From Desulfobacterales bacterium (GTDB lineage: Bacteria; Desulfobacterota; Desulfobacteria; Desulfobacterales; UBA5852), in NCBI GenBank assembly GCA_963674755.2, contig CAXXVS010000003.1:1344001-1408000 (forward strand): a stretch of 64,000 bases of DNA. Reading direction: 5' to 3'. The notes beneath the pieces are model-generated. The model was not told the DNA's origin and did no database searches. It was given only the letters and a program-made list of their open reading frames with translations. This document shows, piece after piece, positions 1 to 10,570 of this stretch. The position numbers and the translations under genes are program-made. How positions within the stretch are numbered: the stretch's first letter is position 1; the number at the start of each line of letters is the position of its first letter.

Positions 1-2512
1 TGCCCGGCCAATGATAGCATTGCAATTGTCTTTCGGTTTCCGGGGAGAGGCCCAAAGCCGGGCGATTGTACTTACCGCAGAATCGTTCGACGAAGTGGCG
101 TGCCAGCCGAAGAATATCATGGCCCCGTTTGCGCAGGGGCGGCAGCGTGATGGGGATCACGTTCAATCGATAATAAAGATCCTCCCGGAATCGCCCGGCG
201 TTGACTTCACGGGCCAAATCGCGGTTGGTGGCCACGATGAGGCGAAAATTGGACGACAGGGTCCGGGTACCGCCGACGCGGACCATGGCCTTTTCCTGAA
301 GGGCCCGCAGCAGCTTGACCTGGATCGTCAAGGGGATTTCGCCGACTTCATCGATGAACAGGGATCCATTGTGCGCCAGTTCAAGCCGCCCCGCTCTTTG
401 GCGATCAGCGCCGGTAAAAGCCCCCTTTTCGTGGCCGAACAGCTCGCTTTCCACCAGGGTTTCCGGGATAGCCGTGGGATCGACGACCACCAAGGGATGT
501 TCCCGGCGGAGGCTGCCGGCATGAATCCGCCGGGCCAGCAGTTCCTTTCCAACGCCAGTTTCTCCGAGAATCAGGATAGTACTGTCTGTCGCGGCGATGC
601 GATCCACCTGATCCAGGAGGGATAGCATCACCGGGCTCCGGGCGATAATCTGCTTTTCGTCGACCTGGCCCATGCGACTGAGGCGCACCGTTGTTTTCTG
701 TTCCATCCTTCGGGTGAAGCGCAGCATGTGGGCGATGTACTGGGATAAGGATTGCGCCATGCGCACCAGTTGGGCCGGTGCGAACTGATCGAAGCAATCG
801 TCGACATAGGCATTGTCGTGGTAAAGCACGCCGCGCACCGTATCGTTTACCATGACGGGCACCGCCATCATGGCGCGGATCTGGCTCGGTAGGGAGGTCC
901 CCATCGCTGAAGGCCGCACCACATGGGAGCAGTTGTCGCGGAAGGCCTTGAAAATCAGCGAGAGGCTGGTGCGGAATTCTTCCGTTGTCACATCCGATTG
1001 AAAAAGGTTGCAGGCCGCCCGCAATTTTGGGCCGCGATTCCGGGCTTTTTCTTCAAACCAGAAGATTCCGCCCCGCTCGGCACCAAAAAAGCGATTGGTC
1101 GCCCTTACCATGCGCTCCAGAAGTTCGTCCGGATCGTCACTCGGCACCAGATCCTGAATCATGGCGCTGAACATTTCCACCAATTCGGCACGCGCAACCG
1201 CGTCGGGCTTCCCGTCAAAGGCCCTGTCCAGCAGGCGCCGCAGGTCGTCCGGATAAAACACATCGCCGTAACCCGAAAACCCCTTCCAGGCCTGTTGGGC
1301 CAGGCGGCGGCCGACCGTCAGGTGCCCCTGGCCAATCTTCAGGCGGGCCATGGCGATGCGCGTTTTGCCCAATTGCACCGGATCACCCGATCGGGACAGC
1401 AGGGTTTCACTCCGCTGCAGGTCGGCTTCAACGGTATCCGGCGGAGCCGTCCCATGGGCCAGCGCATCCAGCGCCCGGAGCCGCAAAGCGACGCCTTGCA
1501 GATGGATGTTCGGTTCGGCCATCAACCGGCGGCATTCGCCTTTGAACGTAAAATGAGGAAGCTGGGGCAGTCCATTACTGTGGTATTCGTAGAGGAGTTC
1601 AAGCACGAACGGCGATGCGTATTGACGGACTAGCCCGGCCGAAGCGCCATCTTTGACGGCCCGGTCCATCCACTTGTGGGATTCCTCCAGCCGCCCTTCC
1701 ATCATATGGTGGAACGCCAGTCCACCCTTGGCGAAATAGCTGGCCAGATAATTCTGGGTCTGGATGCTTTCCTGCAGCGCACCGGACAAATGGTAGCCGG
1801 CTTCCTTCGTCTTCTTTATTCTGACCAGGAAGATGCCCAGTACGGCTCTTAGGGTGGCAGCCAGGCTATGATCCTGTCGTTCCATGGCCAGACGGCGGTA
1901 GTAATCCAGTGTGCCGATCGCTTTGTGGTACTGGCCTAGAAAAGCGGCGCAGTAGCACAACCACATGGCACCGGAATGGCCGTGTTCGCCGGACTCGAAT
2001 TTTTTGGCCGCCTGTTCGAAGTAGGACATGGCTTCCGAAAAGCGCCCTTGGATGAAAAAATACAGACCGATCAACTCCGAGGCGTTGGTCAGGATGTCCT
2101 CATCACCGAGGGCTTCGACTTCCTTCTTGCCCTGCTCGAAGCTATCCAATGCCAGGGGACGCTGCTCACCGAAATAGTAGACCCTTCCCAGATGCAGCTT
2201 GATCATGGCGGCCGAGCGGCGGTCGCCGATACGGTCGGCGGAATCGAGCGCCTTTTTCAGGAACAGGCCAAGCTCGCCAAACCCCTTGCCCACCACAAAG
2301 CAGGCGCGGGCATATTCGATACTGGCATTGACAAACTGCACATCGCGCTCCGGCGATGCCGGCTGTTTCTCCAAATTGGGGAGAAGGCTGTTTAGATGGT
2401 CCCAGGCGGCCTCGAAAGCGCCTCTGCCGGTTGCATCTCCTATAGGTCTTACTTCCCGGTGCGAAGAAAGGTTCTCGGATAGCATGCGATCAGAAGGCAT
2501 GGTGCGTTTCAT
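1..2512 (-). CDS. sigma54-dependent enhancer-binding protein (TPR-like N-terminus, GAF, AAA+); 3' end lies outside the window
   Basis: Not in the ORF track because it has no stop in the window. Manual translation gives [11 protein letters not shown]..., a GAF-like [23 protein letters not shown], then [49 protein letters not shown] and YHWPG, all in one frame. Start is 2512 or 2500. Confidence 0.93.
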   Translation of the reverse strand, partial: MKRTMPSDRMLSENLSSHREVRPIGDATGRGAFEAAWDHLNSLLPNLEKQPASPERDVQFVNASIEYARACFVVGKGFGELGLFLKKALDSADRIGDRRSAAMIKLHLGRVYYFGEQRPLALDSFEQGKKEVEALGDEDILTNASELIGLYFFIQGRFSEAMSYFEQAAKKFESGEHGHSGAMWLCYCAAFLGQYHKAIGTLDYYRRLAMERQDHSLAATLRAVLGIFLVRIKKTKEAGYHLSGALQESIQTQNYLASYFAKGGLAFHHMMEGRLEESHKWMDRAVKDGASAGLVRQYASPFVLELLYEYHSNGLPQLPHFTFKGECRRLMAEPNIHLQGVALRLRALDALAHGTAPPDTVEADLQRSETLLSRSGDPVQLGKTRIAMARLKIGQGHLTVGRRLAQQAWKGFSGYGDVFYPDDLRRLLDRAFDGKPDAVARAELVEMFSAMIQDLVPSDDPDELLERMVRATNRFFGAERGGIFWFEEKARNRGPKLRAACNLFQSDVTTEEFRTSLSLIFKAFRDNCSHVVRPSAMGTSLPSQIRAMMAVPVMVNDTVRGVLYHDNAYVDDCFDQFAPAQLVRMAQSLSQYIAHMLRFTRRMEQKTTVRLSRMGQVDEKQIIARSPVMLSLLDQVDRIAATDSTILILGETGVGKELLARRIHAGSLRREHPLVVVDPTAIPETLVESELFGHEKGAFTGADRQRAGRLELAHNGSLFIDEVGEIPLTIQVKLLRALQEKAMVRVGGTRTLSSNFRLIVATNRDLAREVNAGRFREDLYYRLNVIPITLPPLRKRGHDILRLARHFVERFCGKYNRPALGLSPETERQLQCYHWPG

Positions 2513-2622
2513 CCTTTACACGTGGCGAATTTCCCTATCTTGCCGGAAGGTTATCCAAGGTGTCGGAATCCCGGCGGTCCAATCGCATTTAGGCATTAAT
2601 CCCGCCGATTCGTCAAGGGAAA

Positions 2623-2660
2623 TGTCCGTATTTGGACATTTATTTGTCCGAATACGGACA
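2623..2660. promoter_or_regulatory. Twin TGT-N10-ACA palindromes, putative enhancer (UAS) for the adjacent activator
   Basis: TGTCCGTATTTGGACA (2623-2638) and TGTCCGAATACGGACA (2645-2660), 22 bp apart and upstream of a -24/-12 promoter. Confidence 0.75.
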
Positions 2661-2720
2661 CACTTAAACGGGTTATTTTATAATATGATTTATTTCAGTA
2701 TGTTATAAATATTTTTGATC

Positions 2721-2736
2721 TGGCATGTCGATTGCT
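2721..2736 (+). promoter_or_regulatory. sigma54 (-24/-12) promoter
   Basis: TGGCAT-GTCGA-TTGCT matches TGGCAY-N5-TTGCW. It is preceded by an AT-rich, IHF-like tract and lies next to a sigma54 activator gene. Confidence 0.85.
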
Positions 2737-2940
2737 CAATGTCACTGCAATAATCAAATGTCATTCATCTTCTGCATTTTAATACGGTTTATAGGGTTTG
2801 TTTGAATGGATCAAAGGACGCGTAGCGGTACAATTGTCCGGCCGGAACAATGCCGGATCGCTTGGTCCCATTACAGCCGCACCGCACGGCCGCGCATGGC
2901 TTAACTTCATCAACACCTAACGATGGAAAGGAACGCAACA

Positions 2941-3336
2941 ATGCCAGCCTTTAAAGACACCCCGCAGATGTATGAAATGTTGAGCGATCTATGGACCTAC
3001 GTCATCAAAGAAACCGACTTCGGGCCGAAACTCAAAGAGTACGACATCACCTATAAATTCGTTATCAAGGATCCCAACGGATATCTGTTTGTGGCCCACG
3101 ATCAAGTGCTTACGGGGGATGAAGCCAACCAGGATGCCGTGATCACCATGGAACTCTCCGGGGATACCATCCACAGCTTCTGGCTCGGCAAGATCAAGCT
3201 GCCGGTCGCGCTGGCCACGCGTAAAATCAAATCCAAAGGTCCGATTCCCAAAGTCCTCAAAATTCTCCCCTTCCTCAAACCGGTGTATGAACTTTACCCG
3301 CAGTACTGCGAGAAATACGGTTTGGCTGTGGATTGA
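2941..3336 (+). CDS. SCP2 sterol/lipid-binding domain protein
   Basis: ADAVITMELSGD...FWLGKIKLPVALATRKIKSKGPI pattern typical of SCP2; RBS AAGGAA before ATG 2941. Confidence 0.75.
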   Translation: MPAFKDTPQMYEMLSDLWTYVIKETDFGPKLKEYDITYKFVIKDPNGYLFVAHDQVLTGDEANQDAVITMELSGDTIHSFWLGKIKLPVALATRKIKSKGPIPKVLKILPFLKPVYELYPQYCEKYGLAVD

Positions 3337-3379
3337 CGTTTGAAGAAGACATCCGACACGCCGCCATGAGGAGGGAAAA

Positions 3380-4984
3380 ATGGCTGACGCAATCGTGCCC
3401 GGCATCTTCTCTTTCGAACTCGATGCCAAAGCAGAAAACAATCCAACGACCGAAATCGTCACCTTCGAAAACGGGTCCCACCCCGATGAAGTGCTCACCT
3501 ACGCGCAACTCGTCATCAAGGGCCGCAAGCTGGCGCATCAGCTGCTGTCGCACAATTTTACCAGGGGCGACGTGCTGGCGCTTGTCATGCGCAACCATCC
3601 CGAATTTATGATCGCCCTTTATGCGGCCAACAGCATAGGCGCTGTTTTACTGCCCATCGACCCTCGCACCAAAGGCGACCGGCTGCAATATGTACTCAAA
3701 GATTCCGCCGCCAAGGGCATTATCTTCACCAGCGAATTCTTACCGAACGTTGCGGCGCAGTTGCCGCAGCTGCCGGAATTGAAGGTCATCGGGGTGGCCT
3801 GCAAGGACGGCATGGATCATACCGTGTCCGGCTATCCCGACCTGCGTGAAATATGGGATAGGGCTGAAGCGCCTCCTCCGGACGTGCGCTGCGAGGATCC
3901 CGCCGCTCCCATGGAAATCATCTACACTTCCGGGACCACGGGCGACCCCAAGGGGGTGGTTCTCAAAAACGCCCGTCTGGCACCTTTCGGTCAATTGGCA
4001 CGTGGTGTTTTTCAGTACCGTCCGGACGATAAGCTTTACACCGGCCTCTCCCTGAGTCACGGCAATGCCCAGGCCGTCACGATGGTGCCGTCGCTTTTTC
4101 TGGGTATCCCGTCCGTCTTCAGCCGCAGCTTTACCAAAAGCCGCATCTGGGACGTCTGCCGCCATTATGGTTGCACGACCTTTTCCCTGCTGGGGGGCAT
4201 GATGATGGGCATCTACAGCGAGACGGAAAGACCGGAAGATTATGACAACCCCGTGCGCCTGGTCATCAGCGCCGGCACACCCCTGGCCATCTGGGAGGCT
4301 TTCGAGAAGCGCTTCGGCGTGCTCATTCACGAATGGTACGGCGCGGTGGAAGGCGGTTTCGCCCACAAGCCGCCGGGCATAGGTCCCATCGGATCCTTCG
4401 GCAAACCGCTGGACGGCCTTTTGGAGATGAAGGTCGTCCGCGAAGACGATTCCGAGTGCGCGCCCTTTGAAACCGGAGAGATCATCTGTCAGGTCAAGGG
4501 ACAGAAAACGGAAGTCAATTACATGGGCAAGCAAGAAGCCTCGGAAAAGAAAACCCGCGGCGGCTGGCTGCGCACCGGCGACATGGGGCACACCGATGAA
4601 AACGGCTGGTTCTTCTTTGATTTCCGAAAAGGGGGTGGCCTTCGCCGGGCCGGCGATTTCATCCAGCCTGACTACATCGAGGCGGCTCTGGCGGAAAATC
4701 CGGTCATTGCCGAAGTGTGTGTCTACGGGGTGCCGGCGGCATCCGGAGCGCCGGGCGAAAGCGACATCGTGGCGGCCGTTGTGGCGGCCCAGGGCCAGAC
4801 CATCGACGCCGGAGCGCTCTTCCAATACTGTCGGCAGCGTCTCGAAGGCAATGCCGTCCCATCCTATCTGCAAATCGTCCCGGAAATTCCCAAGACGGCT
4901 TCCGAAAAGAATCTGGACCGGCTGTTGAAAGACGAATTCGGAAAAGAGGCCGGCAATGTCGTTGCGCTGTCGGATTACGCCTGA
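3380..4984 (+). CDS. AMP-forming acyl-CoA ligase
   Basis: IIYTSGTTGDPKG, YGAVEGG, GWLRTGDMG and PKTASEK adenylation motifs. Confidence 0.92.
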   Translation: MADAIVPGIFSFELDAKAENNPTTEIVTFENGSHPDEVLTYAQLVIKGRKLAHQLLSHNFTRGDVLALVMRNHPEFMIALYAANSIGAVLLPIDPRTKGDRLQYVLKDSAAKGIIFTSEFLPNVAAQLPQLPELKVIGVACKDGMDHTVSGYPDLREIWDRAEAPPPDVRCEDPAAPMEIIYTSGTTGDPKGVVLKNARLAPFGQLARGVFQYRPDDKLYTGLSLSHGNAQAVTMVPSLFLGIPSVFSRSFTKSRIWDVCRHYGCTTFSLLGGMMMGIYSETERPEDYDNPVRLVISAGTPLAIWEAFEKRFGVLIHEWYGAVEGGFAHKPPGIGPIGSFGKPLDGLLEMKVVREDDSECAPFETGEIICQVKGQKTEVNYMGKQEASEKKTRGGWLRTGDMGHTDENGWFFFDFRKGGGLRRAGDFIQPDYIEAALAENPVIAEVCVYGVPAASGAPGESDIVAAVVAAQGQTIDAGALFQYCRQRLEGNAVPSYLQIVPEIPKTASEKNLDRLLKDEFGKEAGNVVALSDYA

Positions 4985-5023
4985 CAACGGGACGCCCACG
5001 CAACTGAAAGGAGAATAGCGTCA

Positions 5024-5824
5024 ATGAAACGATATGTGGAAGACCTTGATTTCCAGGGCGAAGAACGCATCAGCGATTGGACGCCCTGGTCCCCTCAGGA
5101 TATCCGACGCAAAAAAGGCGTTCTCGAAGCCGCCCGCCTGATGGTGAACGCCGCCCTGACGGCGCCTGCTGCCGGGGGCGTGCCCCAGGTCGAGGCGGAT
5201 ATCGTCTACGGACAGGAAGAAATCGAAGCCGTCGCCCGCAAGGTGGAAGAGATCGCCCATACCAACCCGGCCTGGAAAGAGCCCTTTCTCTACGAGGCCG
5301 TCATGGCCCGCGATTCGGACGTCCTGATCTTCCTGGGGAATACGCGCTGCCACGAAACGCCCCTCGACGCCGGATGCGGTATGTGCGGCGGCGGACTCGA
5401 CTGCTCCTATTTCTATGAAAAGGTCGAGCAGCGCTGCGGCCTGGTCGATATCACCGACCGCACCTCGCAAACCATGATCAAAGGCCCTCTGTGCACGGCC
5501 CGGGTGGACGACCTGGGTTATGCCGTGGGCAGCGCCCTGTGGATGGCCCATTCTCTTCTGGTGGACGCCCGCCCCTTTGCCAGCATGGGTATGGCGGCCC
5601 AGAAGCTGGGCTATTGTTCCAATTCAGGTCTGGTCGTGGCGGTACCGGTGGCCGCCAAGCCTAAAAATCCCTATGTGGATATCAACGTGGACTACCACCT
5701 GATCAACATGGACAAAGCGCTGGACAACACCCGCAAGATATTTCAAACCGCCCGATTGCTGCGGGGATTCGACTACCGCAAGTGGATTCCCAAACCCTCG
5801 GCGGAGAAAGAGGAGGAAGCCTAA
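5024..5824 (+). CDS. DUF2148-like ferredoxin-domain protein (nitroreductase-like fold), copy 1
   Basis: AALTAPAAGG, CGMCGGGLDC...GPLC and RVDDLGYAVGSA...VDAR motifs. Confidence 0.7.
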   Translation: MKRYVEDLDFQGEERISDWTPWSPQDIRRKKGVLEAARLMVNAALTAPAAGGVPQVEADIVYGQEEIEAVARKVEEIAHTNPAWKEPFLYEAVMARDSDVLIFLGNTRCHETPLDAGCGMCGGGLDCSYFYEKVEQRCGLVDITDRTSQTMIKGPLCTARVDDLGYAVGSALWMAHSLLVDARPFASMGMAAQKLGYCSNSGLVVAVPVAAKPKNPYVDINVDYHLINMDKALDNTRKIFQTARLLRGFDYRKWIPKPSAEKEEEA

Positions 5825-6660
5825 TGGGACATCTCATCGGAAAGGACTACCTCCAGGAGCATGTGCTGGAGGTGGCGAAGAATATCGTTTTAGCCATCCA
5901 CAAGGCACCCCAGATCACCGGCAAGACGCAGATCGAGGCCGAAATCCTGTGGGGTGAAGACCTGGTGCCCATTATCGAGATCCTCGAACCGATCGCCAAG
6001 GCGGTGCGCTATGTGCAGTGGGATTATCAGACCCTCAAGGGGTGCCTGGACAAGGGCGAATCGCCGTTCATCGTCGCTATTGGCGCCAAAGTGGACCGCT
6101 CCAACCTGGGCTGGGACTGCGGTGCCTGCGGACAGCCCACCTGCAAGGATTTTAATGCGTACGCCAAAGACCTGGGCGGCGGCGGACAACTCGGCGGACC
6201 GTGCTGCAACTGGAAAATTCTGGATTACGCCATTGCCTGCGACTGGGCCTGTGCCGCCGCCTGGCAAAATCGCGTCGACAACCGCATCATGGGGTCGGTG
6301 GGATTTGCCCTGCAGGCCTTCAACTACCTGCCCAACTCCTCGGTCAAACTCGGGCTGGCACTGGGTCCGCCGCGGGATATGGTCTACTACAGCCGCGAGG
6401 AGATGCACCGGCATATCACCTATGAAGAAGAAAAACAGGATATGCTTCACACGGTCCCCACCATGTTTACGACGTTTCCCGGTCCCGGGGATCCCATGTA
6501 CAAAACCAAAAACGACTGGTGGGCTCCACCGGAATATTTGAACGTGGATTACTCCGAGGCCAAAATGGACGGTCTGAATACCGTATTGTACGAACAGGTG
6601 CCCGAGATCGTCGTCAAGCACGCCGATGCCGTGGCTGCCCGCTATACAAAAAAATCCTAG
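5824..6660 (+). CDS. DUF2148-like ferredoxin-domain protein, copy 2
   Basis: AIHKAPQITG, DCGACGQPTC...GPCC and VDNRIMGSVG motifs; TAATG stop/start overlap with copy 1. Confidence 0.7.
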   Translation: MGHLIGKDYLQEHVLEVAKNIVLAIHKAPQITGKTQIEAEILWGEDLVPIIEILEPIAKAVRYVQWDYQTLKGCLDKGESPFIVAIGAKVDRSNLGWDCGACGQPTCKDFNAYAKDLGGGGQLGGPCCNWKILDYAIACDWACAAAWQNRVDNRIMGSVGFALQAFNYLPNSSVKLGLALGPPRDMVYYSREEMHRHITYEEEKQDMLHTVPTMFTTFPGPGDPMYKTKNDWWAPPEYLNVDYSEAKMDGLNTVLYEQVPEIVVKHADAVAARYTKKS

Positions 6661-6676
6661 CGATGGGGAGGGAGTG

Positions 6677-7921
6677 ATGAGTTATCTTGATTTGAACCTG
6701 AATCTTTCCAAAGAAGACCGAATGCTCAAACAGGCCGCCCACGAGTTCGCCCGGGATGTCATGCGGCCCGTAGCTGCGGAAATGGACAAGATGACCGCGG
6801 AAGAAGCCGTAGCGCCGGGCTCGCCCTTCTGGGACTTCAAGAAGAAGGCCTACGAGCTGGAATTGCATACCATCCTGATCCCCGATGCCTATGGCGGTCA
6901 GGGCCTGAGTCCCCTGCAACTCCATCTTGTCCTCGAAGAGCTGGCCTGGGGCAGCGTCGGGCTTACGGTGGACCTGGTGATTGCCTCTTTCCCGGCCTAT
7001 CTTGCCTCCATGGTGCCGGAAGAAGAGATCGTCGAAGAGATCATCGTGCCCTTTTGTGAGTGCCGCAACGGTAAGATCGCCGGATGCTGGGCCATCACCG
7101 AACCCATGCACGGTTCGGATACCCTGCTGCCCGGATACCCGAGTTTCCGTGATTCGGCCATTCCGGCCGACTGCACGGCCACCCTGGATGGCGACCATTA
7201 CGTGATCAACGGCCAGAAAGCGGCCTGGGTTTCCGGTGCCCCTTACGCTTCCCACGCCGCGCTGTTCTGTCAGGCCGATCCTGCCATGGGGCATGCCGGC
7301 GGCATCATTATTGTGGCGCCGCTGGATTTGCCAGGCGTCAAAAGAGGGGCTCCTCTGGAAAAAATGGGACAGCGCGATGACCCCCAGGGCGAGATCTTTT
7401 TCGACAACGTCCGGGTGCCGGCCAAATACCTCATCGCCGGTCCGGAAGCCTATGAAGCTATGCTGGAGATCGTGTTGTCGGCGACCACCGTCATGATGGG
7501 CATCCTGGCTACCGGCATCGGCCGGGCCGCGTTTGAAGAGGCCCTGGCCTATGCCAAAAAGCGGGTGCAGTGCGGCAAAGCCCTGGTGGAGCATCAGGAT
7601 GTCCAGAAGAAGCTCTATGATATGTTCGGTAAAGTAGAGATCTGCCGCCAGATAACCCGCAGCGTGCTGGCCTACAACCAGAATACCTCCACTCCGGCGG
7701 AAGAGTATTCGGTGCTCGGCAAAGTGTTTGCCTGCCAGTATGCCCTGGATGTCACCAATGAGGCGATTCAGATCTTCGGCGGCAACGGATTGAGCCGTGA
7801 GTACATTGTCGAAAAACTCTTCCGGGATGCACGCTCCATGCTGATCGAGGACGGCTCGAACGATGTGCTGGCCATTGCCGGGGGACATAAGGTGGTCCAG
7901 ACCTATCCGCGGCGTGATTGA
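6677..7921 (+). CDS. acyl-CoA dehydrogenase
   Basis: CWAITEPMHGSD, YVINGQKAAWVS, IFFDNVRVP, IQIFGGNG and EKLFRDAR motifs; RBS GGAGGGAG. Confidence 0.93.
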   Translation: MSYLDLNLNLSKEDRMLKQAAHEFARDVMRPVAAEMDKMTAEEAVAPGSPFWDFKKKAYELELHTILIPDAYGGQGLSPLQLHLVLEELAWGSVGLTVDLVIASFPAYLASMVPEEEIVEEIIVPFCECRNGKIAGCWAITEPMHGSDTLLPGYPSFRDSAIPADCTATLDGDHYVINGQKAAWVSGAPYASHAALFCQADPAMGHAGGIIIVAPLDLPGVKRGAPLEKMGQRDDPQGEIFFDNVRVPAKYLIAGPEAYEAMLEIVLSATTVMMGILATGIGRAAFEEALAYAKKRVQCGKALVEHQDVQKKLYDMFGKVEICRQITRSVLAYNQNTSTPAEEYSVLGKVFACQYALDVTNEAIQIFGGNGLSREYIVEKLFRDARSMLIEDGSNDVLAIAGGHKVVQTYPRRD

Positions 7922-8011
7922 TGAATTGGGTCGATATGGCGGGCCATCGGCCGTCTTGCCTGATAGGACGGCCGATCCGCTGATGCATTCCTTCCATACA
8001 GGGGGATTTCT

Positions 8012-9250
8012 ATGAACAACGTCTATATCATCGGCCTCGGTATGATCCGCTTCGGCAAGTACCCGGATCGGGGCGTGCGGGACATGGCCCACGAGGCGAT
8101 TCGGCTGGCCCTCGAAGATGCCGCCCTGGACCGCAAAGACCTTCAGGCGGCTTACTTTGCCAATACCTTCTGGGGCATGTTCGACAACCAGCACTCCATC
8201 AAGGGCCAGGTCGTGCTGCGTTCCATGGGAGTCGACCGGATTCCGGTGACCAATGTGGAAAATGCCTGCGCCGGTGCTTCGACGGCACTGCACCTGGCCT
8301 ACACCGGCATTCGGGCCGGTATGGTCGATGTGGCCCTGGCCGTCGGTTCGGAAAAGATCACCTCGCCGGACAAGGCCAAGTCCCTGGGCGCCTATGCCGC
8401 TTGTATGGATGTGGCCGGCTTCGAGGCGCACATCGCAAAGCTGACCGCCCTCAGCCAATCCTTCAACCTGGAGATTCCGGAAGAAAACACTCCCCCGGGG
8501 GCCGGCCGCAGCATCTTCATGGACGCCTACGCCACCTTCGCCCGCTGGCACATGAGCAGGTTCGGTTCCACCCAACAGCAGCTCGCGCGCATCGCTGCCA
8601 AAAATCACTGGCACGGTTCACTGAACCCCAAAGCCCAGTACCAGCAGGACATGACCATGGAGGCGGTGCTCAACGACGTTCCGGTCACCTATCCCCTGAC
8701 ACGCGCCATGTGCGCCCCAGTGGGCGACGGTGCGGCGGCAGCCATCGTCTGTTCCGAGGCCTTTCTTAAAAAGCTGACCGCGGCCCGGCCGGTGGAAATT
8801 CTGGCCTCGGTGCACGGATCGGGCTGCGACCGCGATATGGATGGCGAAGACATCGGCGAACGGCTTGCCAATCAGGCCTACGCCATGGCCGGTGTGGGCC
8901 CCAAGGACATCAGCCTGGCCGAACTGCACGACGCTACGGCTTACGGCGAACTGCACCAGGTGGAAGCCATGGGGTTTTGTCCGGTGGGCGAAGGAGGGCT
9001 ATGGGCCGAATCAGGCGCCACCCAGCTTGGCGGGCAACAGCCTGTGAATACCAGCGGCGGGCTGGAATGCCGCGGCCATCCCATCGGTGCTTCGGGTCTG
9101 GCCCAGATTTTCGAGCTGGGAACGCAGCTGCGCGGTGAGGCCGGCAAACGCCAGGTCGAGGGGGCCCGCATCGGGCTGGCGGAGAACGGCGGCGGCAATA
9201 TCGGCGTGGAGGAGGCGGCCATGTGCATCCATATCCTGGGAAAAGTGTAG
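8012..9250 (+). CDS. thiolase family protein (SCPx/lipid-transfer type)
   Basis: NVENACAGAS, ELHDA, GHPIGASG and ENGGG motifs. Confidence 0.9.
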   Translation: MNNVYIIGLGMIRFGKYPDRGVRDMAHEAIRLALEDAALDRKDLQAAYFANTFWGMFDNQHSIKGQVVLRSMGVDRIPVTNVENACAGASTALHLAYTGIRAGMVDVALAVGSEKITSPDKAKSLGAYAACMDVAGFEAHIAKLTALSQSFNLEIPEENTPPGAGRSIFMDAYATFARWHMSRFGSTQQQLARIAAKNHWHGSLNPKAQYQQDMTMEAVLNDVPVTYPLTRAMCAPVGDGAAAAIVCSEAFLKKLTAARPVEILASVHGSGCDRDMDGEDIGERLANQAYAMAGVGPKDISLAELHDATAYGELHQVEAMGFCPVGEGGLWAESGATQLGGQQPVNTSGGLECRGHPIGASGLAQIFELGTQLRGEAGKRQVEGARIGLAENGGGNIGVEEAAMCIHILGKV

Positions 9251-9262
9251 ACTGGAGGGCAA

Positions 9263-10042
9263 ATGGGTAAGCGCAAGTGCATTTTCATCACCGGGGCGGC
9301 ATCGGGTATCGGGCGGGCCACAGCGCACCTGTTTGCCCGCAAGGGCTGGTATCCCGGTATCGTTGACCTGAGTATGGAAGGGCTTCATTCGCTGGCGGAG
9401 GAGATCGGCGCCGAACACTGCTTTGTCCGGGGTGCGGATGTGACCGACCCGGATAATTATCGGCAGGCGGTGGCCGCCTTCGCGGAAGAGACCGGCGGAC
9501 AGATGGACGTCCTGTTCAACAACGCCGGCATCCTGCGGATGGGCCGCAATGAAACCATTGCCCTTAAGGAGCAGCACCGTACCGTCGATATCAACATCAA
9601 GGGCATCCTGAACGGCATCGACGCCGCTTTGCCGCTGCTAAAAAAAACGCCCGGGGCGCGCATCATTTCCATGTGCTCGACTTCTTCGGTTTATGGAATG
9701 CCGGAGCTGGCGGTTTACTCCGCCACCAAACATGCCGTTTGTGCTCTGACGGAAGCCTTCGATCTGGAACTGGAACGCTATGGCATCGGCGTGTGCGACA
9801 TCATGGCCCCCTATGTCGCCACGCCCATGGTCACGGAAGCCGTGCAGCAGGCCCACAGCGTGGCTTCCACCGGCGTCAATCTCACGGCCGAACAGATCGC
9901 GTCGCTGGTGTGGAAGGCGGCCCACGGCCATAAGCTCCATTGGAAAATTCATTATTTGACCCATGTCCTTTTTTTTGCTTTCTGGGCCCTGCCGTTTCTT
10001 AGGCGCCCGGTCGTCAAACATCTCTGTCTGTCCAAAGGTTAG
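9263..10042 (+). CDS. short-chain dehydrogenase/reductase
   Basis: TGAASGIG, NNAG and YSATK motifs. Confidence 0.92.
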   Translation: MGKRKCIFITGAASGIGRATAHLFARKGWYPGIVDLSMEGLHSLAEEIGAEHCFVRGADVTDPDNYRQAVAAFAEETGGQMDVLFNNAGILRMGRNETIALKEQHRTVDINIKGILNGIDAALPLLKKTPGARIISMCSTSSVYGMPELAVYSATKHAVCALTEAFDLELERYGIGVCDIMAPYVATPMVTEAVQQAHSVASTGVNLTAEQIASLVWKAAHGHKLHWKIHYLTHVLFFAFWALPFLRRPVVKHLCLSKG

Positions 10043-10140
10043 CAGCGAATGCGGCATAAGAACGCTTGACATTTTCCCCTGATTGCCGGGGGGCGCACAG
10101 GTCGTCGCCAACCATAGACATTTAAGCCAGGAGGTATTCG

Positions 10141-10570
10141 ATGCGTGTGCTGGTCACCGGGGCAGCTGGCTATATCGGTGGGAGAATGGTGGACGCTTTA
10201 TGCGCCCAAGACTGGGTCGAGGCCGTGAGCGGGACGGATATCCGCAAGCCGGGAGCAACCGGTTTCCGGCCCTACCTTTTACCAGCGCGATATTCGCGAC
10301 GACATGAGCGACCTCTTCGAGAAAGAGCGCATCGATACCGTGGTGCACACCGCCTATGTCCTACCGCCCATCCACGACAAGGTTCTCATGGAGGAGATCA
10401 ACAAGGGCGGTACCCGCAACATACTGAAATAGTCGGCCCGCGCCGGTGTCAAACAGATCTTGTACACCAGCTCCACTACGGCCTATGGGTTCTATCCGGA
10501 CAATGACCAGCCGCTAACCGAGGAAAGTTCCCTGCGGGGCAACGATGACTTCACCTATGCCAAGAATAAA
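10141..10570 (+). pseudogene. NAD-dependent epimerase/dehydratase (extended SDR) pseudogene
   Basis: Begins MRVLVTGAAGYIG and shifts frame near 10260-10275. It continues TFYQRDIRDD...VVHTAY...GGTRNILK, hits an in-frame TAG at 10430-10432, continues ...LYTSSTTAYG...YAKNK, and similarity ends there. Confidence 0.8.

Noticed and set aside
11..2395. Plus-strand ORFs 11-625, 923-1633 and 1976-2395
   Set aside because: Antisense shadows of the minus-strand sigma54 activator, which the ORF track misses
6614..8614. 666-aa minus-strand ORF (likewise 12352-14541, 54384-55733 and 58210-59664)
   Set aside because: GC-rich antisense shadows of well-supported genes, with no recognisable motifs
10430..10432. 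In-frame TAG as possible pyrrolysine or readthrough codon
   Set aside because: The same gene has a frameshift and a truncation, so decay is the simpler explanation
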